Shown here piece by piece: positions 22,123 through 29,450 of a DNA stretch of 48,021 nt. The notes beneath the pieces were generated by a model. It had not been told where the DNA came from. It worked only from the letters and a program-made list of their open reading frames with translations, and made no database searches. The DNA comes from a virus: IMG/VR virus record IMGVR_UViG_3300037721_000009, positions 1 through 48,021 of that record; one strand, written 5' to 3'. The stretch's first letter is position 1, and every line of letters starts with the position of its first letter. Both the position numbers and the translations under genes were made by a program.

Positions 22123-22286
22123 CACTTCTCCCTCCAGCCATTAGGCAGACTTTTGTAAATCTCAGTTTTCTTGCAGTTCTTGCACGTAATTGCGCTTTTA
22201 ACAGAATTGTTGTTGTAGACGCTGATAACCCCGCACGCAGCAGAGCTTGAGCCTGGAACAAGAACATGAACGACTGGCTTACTCAT
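22122..22286 (-). CDS. Hypothetical small Cys-containing protein (54 aa)
   Basis: Hand-found ORF: MSKPVVHVLVPGSSSAACGVISVYNNNSVKSAITCKNCKKTEIYKSLPNGWREK. It has ATGA overlaps at both ends. Confidence 0.45.
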   Translation of the reverse strand: MSKPVVHVLVPGSSSAACGVISVYNNNSVKSAITCKNCKKTEIYKSLPNGWREK

Positions 22287-22522
22287 CGCACAAAACCCTC
22301 AATATGCGCCCAAATAGCGCGTTCGATGTCACTTTGGTACTCTTTCTGGATGAAGTCAAGCGCTTTGAATGAAAGAGGTTCTCCTATTTCGTCTGTGCCG
22401 CCGGTGAACACCCAGTCAAGCTCGCTGTAACCGTTTGCGTGCTGGGTGGCTGGCTCGGAGAATGCGTGGGTTACTGAGACTTCTAGGGTGTAGCCGTAGG
22501 TGGATAGGGTGTAGTAGCTCAT
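22283..22522 (-). CDS. Hypothetical protein (79 aa)
   Basis: Track ORF. Confidence 0.55.
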   Translation of the reverse strand: MSYYTLSTYGYTLEVSVTHAFSEPATQHANGYSELDWVFTGGTDEIGEPLSFKALDFIQKEYQSDIERAIWAHIEGFVR

Positions 22523-22875
22523 GGGTGCTCTACCTTGCCCATGGCGGAGCCACGAATCCTCGATACAGTACCGTCCAGACTATGCTTCTGCTGGAAATAC
22601 TCAGAGGCATATGCACCCCATGATTCGATTTCGTCAGCGGCTTCTGAGAGTGATTCGCGAAGCCGCCCAACCTCAGCCCTCAGCCCAGCATTCACCTGCT
22701 CATAGGCTTTGTAGCCGGTCTGTAAGCCGGCGTTTTCGGCATTGAGCTTATCCATGGCTATCTTTGCGCCAATGCAGATATCGTCAAAATTGTAATTGTA
22801 TGCACGATAAGATTTCAGAACCTCTTGTCGAAGCAGCTCTACCATCTCATCGCTTAGCTCGTCATACGCACTCAT
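22519..22875 (-). CDS. Hypothetical coiled-coil protein (118 aa)
   Basis: Track ORF 22519..22887 (TTG) trimmed to ATG 22875 with SD ggagggg. Confidence 0.55.
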   Translation of the reverse strand: MSAYDELSDEMVELLRQEVLKSYRAYNYNFDDICIGAKIAMDKLNAENAGLQTGYKAYEQVNAGLRAEVGRLRESLSEAADEIESWGAYASEYFQQKHSLDGTVSRIRGSAMGKVEHP

Positions 22876-22948
22876 ACACCCCTCCAATAACTAATTTTCA
22901 CCTTAACGGCAGGAATTGTGTATACGGCGATGAACCATGTCAAGGCGA

Positions 22949-23254
22949 TCATAGGGCGGCTCCGATTTCAGCAGCAGCGCGGACGATGGCAACCCTAGTA
23001 GCTGCATGACAACCACCGAGCATTGCAACCGGCTGTATACTTCCGTTCGCGATTGCGTGATAGTGATCAACCTCTACAATCATACGAAGACTAGTCATCA
23101 GTCTTAACGCATCGCCGTCATTATCCAGTGGATCCCACCTACGCAGCTTTACGCCGTCATAGTCCACCAGGTAATGGCTACCGTCTGGATCGCTCCATAG
23201 ATCATAGCCGAGCGCTCTGGCTGCGTTTTTTAGGGTTGTGGTTGAGATGGTCAT
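22949..23254 (-). CDS. Hypothetical protein (101 aa), phage ABA-sandwich-domain-like pattern
   Basis: Track ORF. Pattern: ..RRWDPLDNDGDALRLMTSLRM.. Recalled family, unverified. Confidence 0.4.
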   Translation of the reverse strand: MTISTTTLKNAARALGYDLWSDPDGSHYLVDYDGVKLRRWDPLDNDGDALRLMTSLRMIVEVDHYHAIANGSIQPVAMLGGCHAATRVAIVRAAAEIGAAL

Positions 23255-23460
23255 TTCAGTATCTCCAGTGTCATGTGACGATATCCGACGTAGGTTATCC
23301 GTACGCGCTCATTGGTTGGTTTGAACAGAAATGGCTTGAGACGATTGGCGAACCACATTGCCATGTCAAATTCAGCCTCAGTCGTGATAGGAACATCTCT
23401 ATACATTGGAAGCTTTAGTCCCATTGCTAGCATGAATTCAGTAACGTTGAACGTATTCAC
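23251..23460 (-). CDS. Hypothetical protein (69 aa from GTG 23460)
   Basis: The 5' part of track ORF 23251..23523 overlaps a terminator hairpin. GTG 23460 has SD ggagg 4 nt upstream. Confidence 0.45.
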   Translation of the reverse strand: MNTFNVTEFMLAMGLKLPMYRDVPITTEAEFDMAMWFANRLKPFLFKPTNERVRITYVGYRHMTLEILK

Positions 23461-23480
23461 CCGACCTCCAAATTTTACGC

Positions 23481-23509
23481 AAAAAGAAAGGCTCACATTA
23501 GGAGCCTTT
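23481..23509 (-). terminator. Internal intrinsic terminator in the early operon (AAAGGCTC-loop-GAGCCTTT + TCTTTTT)
   Basis: 8-bp stem at 23487-23509 with a T-rich tail in the minus orientation, 22 nt past the stop at 23531. Confidence 0.55.
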
Positions 23510-23530
23510 TGGTGGTTTTGCAAGGGTTAT

Positions 23531-23740
23531 TTAATCGCAACACCCATCACAAAGCGAGTAGTCGACAATTTGCGTGATTGGATCGATACTCTCCCGCCAC
23601 GACGACACGTTACGCCAGTCGATACGATCAGCCCTAGCTATTAATTCTTGATTGCCGCCACGAGCATGAACGATCTGATCAGCCTTCAATCCTTTCGGTC
23701 GGCTGCTTCCTTTTGCGTTATGCACCTTGAAATTGCTCAT
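23531..23740 (-). CDS. Hypothetical protein (69 aa)
   Basis: Track ORF 23531..23779 trimmed to ATG 23740 (ATGA overlap). Confidence 0.5.
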   Translation of the reverse strand: MSNFKVHNAKGSSRPKGLKADQIVHARGGNQELIARADRIDWRNVSSWRESIDPITQIVDYSLCDGCCD

Positions 23741-23949
23741 TTCAGGATCTCCCGCGCCAACCGCTGAATATCGCCCCACAATTGCGACGAGGGCTGATCG
23801 TCGTACTGAGCCAGCATCTTAGCCAGGCGTACACCGTCTGGCTTGTAATCCATCAGATCAGGAGTCCGCATGGGCTCGTGCGAGATGACTGTAGGTAGCT
23901 CAAGCTGAATATCGGTGAAAATAAGTGTAGGCATTAGTGTACCGATCAT
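23737..23949 (-). CDS. Hypothetical protein (70 aa)
   Basis: Track ORF 23737..24012 trimmed to ATG 23949, which abuts the upstream stop. Confidence 0.5.
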   Translation of the reverse strand: MIGTLMPTLIFTDIQLELPTVISHEPMRTPDLMDYKPDGVRLAKMLAQYDDQPSSQLWGDIQRLAREILK

Positions 23950-24245
23950 TACTCTCTCCCAAGGATTTGTTCGGCCCGGTCTATCAGGCCTTGAGTTTGC
24001 GTCGGCGTGCATCCATAGGCATATAGCGCCACATGCTCGAGCTCTGCAACCATTTCTTCGATAAGCGACATAACAGGCGCCATAGTCTCCTTGCAGCGGG
24101 TGAAGGTGTCGAGGCGCGCGTTGTATTCACCGATAATAAGGTCGGTAGCCTTATTGGTTGCGATGTAAGCGCCATCTCTAGGACTCCAGAACACCCCCTC
24201 AGGCACCGGCCAAATCTCTTCAAACTTTTCGCGTATGTCGTTCAT
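23949..24245 (-). CDS. Hypothetical protein (98 aa)
   Basis: Track ORF. Confidence 0.55.
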   Translation of the reverse strand: MNDIREKFEEIWPVPEGVFWSPRDGAYIATNKATDLIIGEYNARLDTFTRCKETMAPVMSLIEEMVAELEHVALYAYGCTPTQTQGLIDRAEQILGRE

Positions 24246-24305
24246 GCTTCCTCCAATCCCAATATATGGGATCTTGGCGATAATCCGGTCAGGATTGTAT
24301 ACAAG

Positions 24306-24593
24306 TTATTGAATTGTTGTAGCTTTTGCAATTGCATCTTGTATCACTTTCCATGCGTGATCTGGAATCTGGCCGCTGTCATTTTCGATGTTCTGTAGTG
24401 CGTGTAGCAAATCCGGAGCAGCAGCGATCAAGGCAAGGTTTGCTTCAGCTTCATCTCGTCGACCATTGATCGAAGCTACGGCCCAATAATTTTTACAGCC
24501 GTCAGGAAGATCCTTGTGCAGATCTGTAACAACTGTATGTGTCCACTCATCTGGATGAATTGCAATCCACGGCCCCTCAGTAAATCCATTCAT
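24306..24593 (-). CDS. Hypothetical protein (95 aa) with ..NLALIAAAPDLLHAL.. motif
   Basis: Track ORF. The motif is common in small phage early proteins, and a related motif occurs in ORF 31853..32146. Confidence 0.55.
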   Translation of the reverse strand: MNGFTEGPWIAIHPDEWTHTVVTDLHKDLPDGCKNYWAVASINGRRDEAEANLALIAAAPDLLHALQNIENDSGQIPDHAWKVIQDAIAKATTIQ

Positions 24594-24771
24594 TTTGCTT
24601 CCCCTGCTCTACTCTTTTGGTTCGTGCGGCAAGTGCGCTTAAGCAGCGCTTGCATGTCACGTATTTCTGCCAACCTGTTGACTCTATCTCTTCTGCGTAA
24701 ACATGGCAATACGGCTGGCATTCACAATCATCGCCAGGGCAGCAACATGGAACGTAATGAACGGCCTTCAT
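24577..24771 (-). CDS. Cys-rich small protein (64 aa)
   Basis: Track ORF: ..VPCCCPGDDCECQPYCH...CKRC.. Confidence 0.5.
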   Translation of the reverse strand: MKAVHYVPCCCPGDDCECQPYCHVYAEEIESTGWQKYVTCKRCLSALAARTKRVEQGKQNEWIY

Positions 24772-24896
24772 GCCTCACCTCCAATAGCCCGCTCAATCGC
24801 CCTATGCGCCATCTCAAACGCCTCCTTGATCGGTATTGCGTCGGGGCCGGAGTTGGTTAGGGCGATGAGGGCGGTTAGTAGGTCGGTTAGGGTCAT
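24768..24896 (-). CDS. Hypothetical small protein (42 aa)
   Basis: Hand-found ORF: MTLTDLLTALIALTNSGPDAIPIKEAFEMAHRAIERAIGGEA. It has ATGA overlaps at both ends. Confidence 0.4.
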   Translation of the reverse strand: MTLTDLLTALIALTNSGPDAIPIKEAFEMAHRAIERAIGGEA

Positions 24897-25117
24897 TTTG
24901 TTCGGATTCCTTGTCGCTCGATTGCGCGCATTGCAGATGTGTATGTAATGTGACCTATGTCGTTTTCTTTTGGCAACTCAACCACCAGCGATTCGCGTGA
25001 AGCTTCCCATGCTCGTAGCATAAGGTCATGATGCCATTGCCCAAGCGAGCTACCGCAATGCTCGCCAATGTCCTGCATCATATCGAAGAACTCTTCAAAC
25101 TTCTGCCTGCTATCCAT
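24893..25117 (-). CDS. Hypothetical protein (74 aa)
   Basis: Track ORF. Confidence 0.55.
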   Translation of the reverse strand: MDSRQKFEEFFDMMQDIGEHCGSSLGQWHHDLMLRAWEASRESLVVELPKENDIGHITYTSAMRAIERQGIRTK

Positions 25118-25152
25118 CTCTACCCCTCCACCCTATATCTGCTCTTCGTTAT

Positions 25153-25350
25153 TCAGAAAACATCAATAGTTTTTGCGATCTTTTTGCTATGCGACAAATG
25201 AGCCTTGAGTGTATCTTCGGCGTATTGCTGAGAGCTGAAGCTGTTCGGCAAAATACCTGAATAGCCGAACCAAAATACAGACCACCAGGGCTTGACCTCA
25301 ATTTTATAACCCCTTACAGGCTCTGTTACCAATCGATACTTGGTTTTCAT
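25153..25350 (-). CDS. Hypothetical protein (65 aa)
   Basis: Track ORF. Confidence 0.5.
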   Translation of the reverse strand: MKTKYRLVTEPVRGYKIEVKPWWSVFWFGYSGILPNSFSSQQYAEDTLKAHLSHSKKIAKTIDVF

Positions 25351-25895
25351 TTGCGCTCATCCGCATTATCTTTTTTCCTGTAGCCGGCGTCATACAGTCC
25401 GGCGCATACCTTTCCTGCCCACCCCTTGTCAAGCATCGAAACGGTAGCGACCATTCTGTTTAACTCGTTCTCCCGCTCTTCTGCCGCGATCTGCTCTGGA
25501 GTGCGGGTGGTGCGGAACTCTACCTCGCCATGATCGCGGGATAGCTCGTCACCGTCCTTGTCACGAAAAAAAATCCGTTTTTCACCGACGCAAAGGATTG
25601 TCGCTGGGTTCCATGTGGCTCCCGGCATCGTTCGCCTGAATTCGCACACCGTCCCAACAGGCGGCAGGCCTTCGCCATTCCAATCTTTCGGCTTATCAAC
25701 CTCAGCTTCAGAAACCTGCTCAAGATCAAGGTATGTGTACCATCGACCAGTACCAAGCCTGCAAGGCTCAGAGTTTAGACGTACAGCAACGAAATTCGCC
25801 GTGATGCCACTACCTTTAAGCGTGAATGTTTCTGTCTCTGCGTAAGCGTGATGCAGCATAGAGGCAATATCGTTATCCAATGTTCTCAGTTTCAT
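25347..25895 (-). CDS. Hypothetical protein (182 aa); paralogous domain to ORF 13887..14393
   Basis: Track ORF. Pattern: ..DWNGEGLPPVGTVCEF...TPEQIAAEERENEL...LYDAGYRK.. Confidence 0.6.
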   Translation of the reverse strand: MKLRTLDNDIASMLHHAYAETETFTLKGSGITANFVAVRLNSEPCRLGTGRWYTYLDLEQVSEAEVDKPKDWNGEGLPPVGTVCEFRRTMPGATWNPATILCVGEKRIFFRDKDGDELSRDHGEVEFRTTRTPEQIAAEERENELNRMVATVSMLDKGWAGKVCAGLYDAGYRKKDNADERK

Positions 25896-25960
25896 TTCCT
25901 TACCCTACCAAACGCTATGAATGTTCACCCAATTTACGGTGCTGCTGGGTTGGCGTCAAG

Positions 25961-26686
25961 CTATTTCCATTCGAGTTTTTGATTCATCGGCGGAATAGTC
26001 TCAAGCGTCGCCAGATTGATGAATGTGAAATAGCCGTCAGCAGTCCAGCCAGCGGTGTCGATGTGGTAGACGTTGCCTAGAACTACAGGCAAACGCAGTG
26101 GGGTGTGTCCGCAGATAACCGCGCGAACGCCGTCAACGCCTGAATGATCCTCAGCGCCGATGCGCTTTCTGGACCACTGGAGCATTGATGCTATGTGATC
26201 TGATTCGTAATCGTCACCCTCTAGCGCCGACACCATTCCCTGCCAACTACCACGAGGGACATCTGCATGGACGATTCCGACCGTTCCAGTGTCAGTCTCA
26301 ACCTCAATAGCTAATGGTAAATCAGCCAGGATTGACGAATAGCAACCCTGATCGACCTCCGATATCCCATAGAACCATGCTCCGCCATTGATAAAGTGCA
26401 TCCCGCATTGATCGCTCTGCCGGCCAGTCTCGTAGGAATCAATGGTCATCTGCTCGTGATTCCCGCGTACAGCGTGGAACCATGGTTTTCGTAACAGCCA
26501 AGTATCCACATCTAGCGAATCAGGCCCTCGATCAACCAAATCACCAACGCTGAATAGTCGGTCTTGGAGTGGATCAAAGCCGATACCATCCAGAGCCTTT
26601 TGCAGCTTGGTGAAATGCCCGTGAATGTCGCCGACGCAGAAGTCTCGGCCTGCTGTGTTTTTGGTGAAGCGTTTGATTTGGTTCAT
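25961..26686 (-). CDS. Ser/Thr protein phosphatase, lambda-phosphatase-like metallophosphoesterase (241 aa)
   Basis: Track ORF with motifs GDIHGH, GDLVDRGP and GNHE (VRGNHEQM). Confidence 0.85.
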   Translation of the reverse strand: MNQIKRFTKNTAGRDFCVGDIHGHFTKLQKALDGIGFDPLQDRLFSVGDLVDRGPDSLDVDTWLLRKPWFHAVRGNHEQMTIDSYETGRQSDQCGMHFINGGAWFYGISEVDQGCYSSILADLPLAIEVETDTGTVGIVHADVPRGSWQGMVSALEGDDYESDHIASMLQWSRKRIGAEDHSGVDGVRAVICGHTPLRLPVVLGNVYHIDTAGWTADGYFTFINLATLETIPPMNQKLEWK

Positions 26687-26695
26687 TCAATTCTC

Positions 26696-27040
26696 CTAAT
26701 ACAAAATGTGCATGACTTTTACGTCGGAGAGTTCGGCGATTCTGGTCATATCCCGTGTACCACTGCCACCAGGAAACGCAATCACCCCATCAGGCTCCAG
26801 CGCGAGCATGGCTGCGTTTCGTTTTGGTCCTGCTCCATTACCGTAGAGCTTCCAGTTAGCAATCGCCGTGAACACCTGCACACCCTTCTCTAGCGCCCAT
26901 TCCCTAGCCAGTCGATCAGCCCCGCTGGCGCCACCCTCGATAATCGCGTGGATGGTGCATTTCTTGTGCACGCCGTCGAGCACCTGATTCAGTCTGGCTC
27001 GGTCTGCGTAATCACGTCCGCCGCATACGATGAATTTCAT
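26696..27040 (-). CDS. Stand-alone SLOG-superfamily protein (DUF2493-like, 114 aa)
   Basis: Track ORF. MKFIVCGGRDYAD...IIEGGASGADRLAREWA...GPKRNAAML...VIAFPGGSGTRDM matches the remembered DUF2493/YspA-type Rossmann pattern. Confidence 0.6.
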   Translation of the reverse strand: MKFIVCGGRDYADRARLNQVLDGVHKKCTIHAIIEGGASGADRLAREWALEKGVQVFTAIANWKLYGNGAGPKRNAAMLALEPDGVIAFPGGSGTRDMTRIAELSDVKVMHILY

Positions 27041-27092
27041 TGTGTGTTCCTTGTGGTATTTCGGTTAGGTTTCAGTCCACCTAGTCGCCATC

Positions 27093-27296
27093 GGTTGCAT
27101 TCACCCCGTGTAATACACTGGGGGAATGCATGCAACCGCTAAGGTTCTGGTTGCACGACGGTTGCATAGCCTGCTAATCATATTTTAAAACCCTTTATAA
27201 TCAATGCTTTACGTGGTTGCATCAATGCAACCGTTGGATGCAACCGTGCAACCGTGGTTGCATTTAAGCATGCAACCAGACAACCCAAATGCAACC
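27093..27296. repeat. Iteron array: 11 perfect copies of TGCAACC/GGTTGCA (most extend to ATGCAACCG) split by an AT-rich spacer; candidate replication origin or operator array
   Basis: GGTTGCA occurs at 27093, 27149, 27160, 27215 and 27256. TGCAACC occurs at 27131, 27226, 27239, 27247, 27271 and 27290. The AT-rich tract spans 27168-27212. Confidence 0.85.
27177..27204 (-). promoter_or_regulatory. Sigma70-like promoter TTGATT-16-TATGAT (minus strand) inside the AT-rich spacer of the iteron array
   Basis: The reverse complement of 27199-27204 is TTGATT, and of 27177-27182 is TATGAT. It reads toward the SLOG/phosphatase genes. Confidence 0.5.
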
Positions 27297-27324
27297 GTTT
27301 TTACAACCACTTGTATATACAACC

Positions 27325-28539
27325 TCAATACATATCTGGTCTGGTGATTTTCCCGCCTTCCCCCTTTATAATCCACTCATCGGCTATCAACTTCTTGATG
27401 CCGCGATCCCATGACGCCTTTGTTGTATTGTCCTTTTTGTCTGCGCCCATCATGGCAAAGTAGGTATCTCGCAGATAGGTATAGAAAACGAAGTCGTTAC
27501 CACTCCTAGACATTTCTGTCGCGATTAGGTTGTGGATGATCTGCGAGCTTCCTGTCAGGTCTTCACGCTCCGGAATGGCAGAATCTGAAGCCTGGGTAAG
27601 CGTAAGGCTTGTCATCGATCGCCCCTTCTTGTCCTTGCGCCCAATCTCTACCACGTTAAGCTTGAATGCTAGGTCTTCAAATGGATCCGAGTCCTTTGCT
27701 TTGGTGCAACTGATCTTGCTCGTCTTCTTGGCCGAGCTAGTGACCTTGTATTCAAAGTCGCAGGCTGCCCGTAGTGCGCTTGAGCCCCTCGCGCCTTTCT
27801 CTGCATCCTTGCCGCTGTGGTGGATGACGAGGATGGTGGCGCCGGTCTTCTCTCTGATGTGGTCGCACGAACTAACAAATGCACCCATATCTGTTGCGCT
27901 GTTTTCTTCACCGTCAAATGAGCGAGCCAGGGTGTCTATCACGATCAGCCTGATAGGCTCTGCGATTTCATCGGCAAGCTCCTCACAAAGAACAACAAGC
28001 CCGTCGCATTCGGCAGAGTTGATCGTGACTGCCGAGCTGAGAATCCCTAGATTGGTTAGCGGCTTATGATTCCGAATCTCCCATGCCTTTTTTCGCAAAT
28101 GCAACCCAGCAGCACCCTCCGCACCTATATAAAGGACGTGACCAGGCTCGTCTACATCGTGACCATGCCAATTCATTGACGATGCAATGCTGGCGCTCAT
28201 ATCCATTGCAATGAAGGACTTGTATGATCCAGAAGGCCCGTACAGCACACCGAACGCATCAGCCGGCATCACCTGATCGATAAGCCATTGCTGGTTGGCG
28301 ATCATGTCGATTGCGTCGTCTGAGTTGTAAGCTACTCGCTTCCGCAGCGGACTTTGTACCTTTGGTGTTCTAGCCAATACTTCGTCATAGGCGGTCTGAG
28401 CCCTGATCATGCGCAGGTTTGCATCGCCTACAAGCAGCATTCCTTCGACTTCATCAATGCTGGTGCACGCTGCAATCCTATTGTGCTCAAGGATTGCATC
28501 AGATAACTCGGCGTGAGCATCCTTTAGCTCTTCATTCAT
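27325..28539 (-). CDS. RepA/AAA_25-like RecA-fold ATPase (putative replicative helicase/initiator, 404 aa)
   Basis: Track ORF 27325..28554 (GTG) trimmed to ATG 28539 (ATGA overlap with the AlpA-like gene). Walker A is GPSGSYKS and Walker B is LIVIDTL. It also has ..ILVIHHSGKD..GARGSSAL.., as in RSF1010 RepA-type helicases. Confidence 0.7.
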   Translation of the reverse strand: MNEELKDAHAELSDAILEHNRIAACTSIDEVEGMLLVGDANLRMIRAQTAYDEVLARTPKVQSPLRKRVAYNSDDAIDMIANQQWLIDQVMPADAFGVLYGPSGSYKSFIAMDMSASIASSMNWHGHDVDEPGHVLYIGAEGAAGLHLRKKAWEIRNHKPLTNLGILSSAVTINSAECDGLVVLCEELADEIAEPIRLIVIDTLARSFDGEENSATDMGAFVSSCDHIREKTGATILVIHHSGKDAEKGARGSSALRAACDFEYKVTSSAKKTSKISCTKAKDSDPFEDLAFKLNVVEIGRKDKKGRSMTSLTLTQASDSAIPEREDLTGSSQIIHNLIATEMSRSGNDFVFYTYLRDTYFAMMGADKKDNTTKASWDRGIKKLIADEWIIKGEGGKITRPDMY

Positions 28540-28694
28540 AGGTTGCGCTCCCACGCCTCAATGTCAGACACCCTCCATTTGTTGCAGCCTAGCCATACCG
28601 GCTCAGGAAATCCGCGATTCTCAATCCATCGATAGATGGTACGATCAGAAACCCCAAAGCGCCCAGCGACATCCCCAATTTTCAAATACTGCAT
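28536..28694 (-). CDS. AlpA/MerR-like excisionase-family HTH protein (52 aa)
   Basis: Hand-found ORF: MQYLKIGDVAGRFGVSDRTIYRWIENRGFPEPVWLGCNKWRVSDIEAWERNL. SD ggaga lies 8 nt upstream. Confidence 0.7.
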   Translation of the reverse strand: MQYLKIGDVAGRFGVSDRTIYRWIENRGFPEPVWLGCNKWRVSDIEAWERNL

Positions 28695-28784
28695 TCCGTT
28701 ATCTCCGGTCGTTATGCGTCACAGGGTGTCAATCTTACACCATTCTTTGACATGGAAAACACTTGATGAAAAATAATTGATGTG

Positions 28785-28793
28785 TGTTAGAAT
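28785..28793 (+). promoter_or_regulatory. Extended -10-like element TGtTAGAAT (plus strand) upstream of the HNH/helicase operon
   Basis: gtgTGtTAGAATtg lies ~80 nt before GTG 28875. An inverted pair TGTCAA...TTGACA lies at 28727-28754. Confidence 0.35.
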
Positions 28794-28874
28794 TGTGTTG
28801 CGGGTAGGACGGCCATCCGAAAAGCGCCTCGTCAGCGCCTCCCGCAAATCCTCTGACGACCACCAGACGGGTGC

Positions 28875-29450
28875 GTGCCATTGAAAATCTGTACCAAATG
28901 CAATGCTGAAAAGCAAGAATCAGAATTTCATTCTCACAGAGAAACCGCAGATCGACTAAGGCCAGAATGCAAAGAATGCATTAAGGCTTATCATCGCGCC
29001 TATCATCTAAGGAATCGTGACGTTCAGCTAGAAAAGCAGAGGATCTACAAGGCGGCTAACAAGGATGCAATCTCTGCTGCTGGCGCGATCTACTACGAGA
29101 AAAACAGAGAGACGATAATCGCCAGGGTAGACAGATACCGGCATGAGAATTATGAATCTGTTTTGCAGGTGCTTAGGAATAGGCGCGCAAGAAAGAAAAA
29201 CGCTGCTGGCTCACATACCAAGCAGGACATTCAGGCACTGATACTTTTGCAGAAAGGCAAATGCGCAGCCTGCATGGCGAAGCTTCGTATCGAAGGCAAA
29301 GGAAAATACCACATCGACCATATCGTTTCGCTTGCTCGAGGCGGCTCGAATGATAAATATAATTTGCAAATCCTTTGCCCGTCCTGCAACCTTAGCAAGC
29401 ACGCAAAAGACCCCATTGAATGGGCTCAGAAAAACGGGAGATTACTTTGA
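28875..29450 (+). CDS. HNH endonuclease (191 aa, GTG start)
   Basis: Track ORF. N-terminal CxxC...CxxC. C-terminal HNH core: KYHIDHIVSLARGGSNDKYNLQILCPSCNLSKHAKDP. Confidence 0.8.
   Translation: MPLKICTKCNAEKQESEFHSHRETADRLRPECKECIKAYHRAYHLRNRDVQLEKQRIYKAANKDAISAAGAIYYEKNRETIIARVDRYRHENYESVLQVLRNRRARKKNAAGSHTKQDIQALILLQKGKCAACMAKLRIEGKGKYHIDHIVSLARGGSNDKYNLQILCPSCNLSKHAKDPIEWAQKNGRLL

Noticed and set aside
27530-28069. 179-aa plus-strand ORF inside the RepA-like helicase gene
   Set aside because: The opposite strand carries clear Walker A/B motifs, so this is a shadow ORF.
28719-28916. 65-aa minus-strand ORF across the divergent early promoter region
   Set aside because: It overlaps the HNH start and the promoter region, has no SD and would lie upstream of the AlpA-like gene with no coupling.
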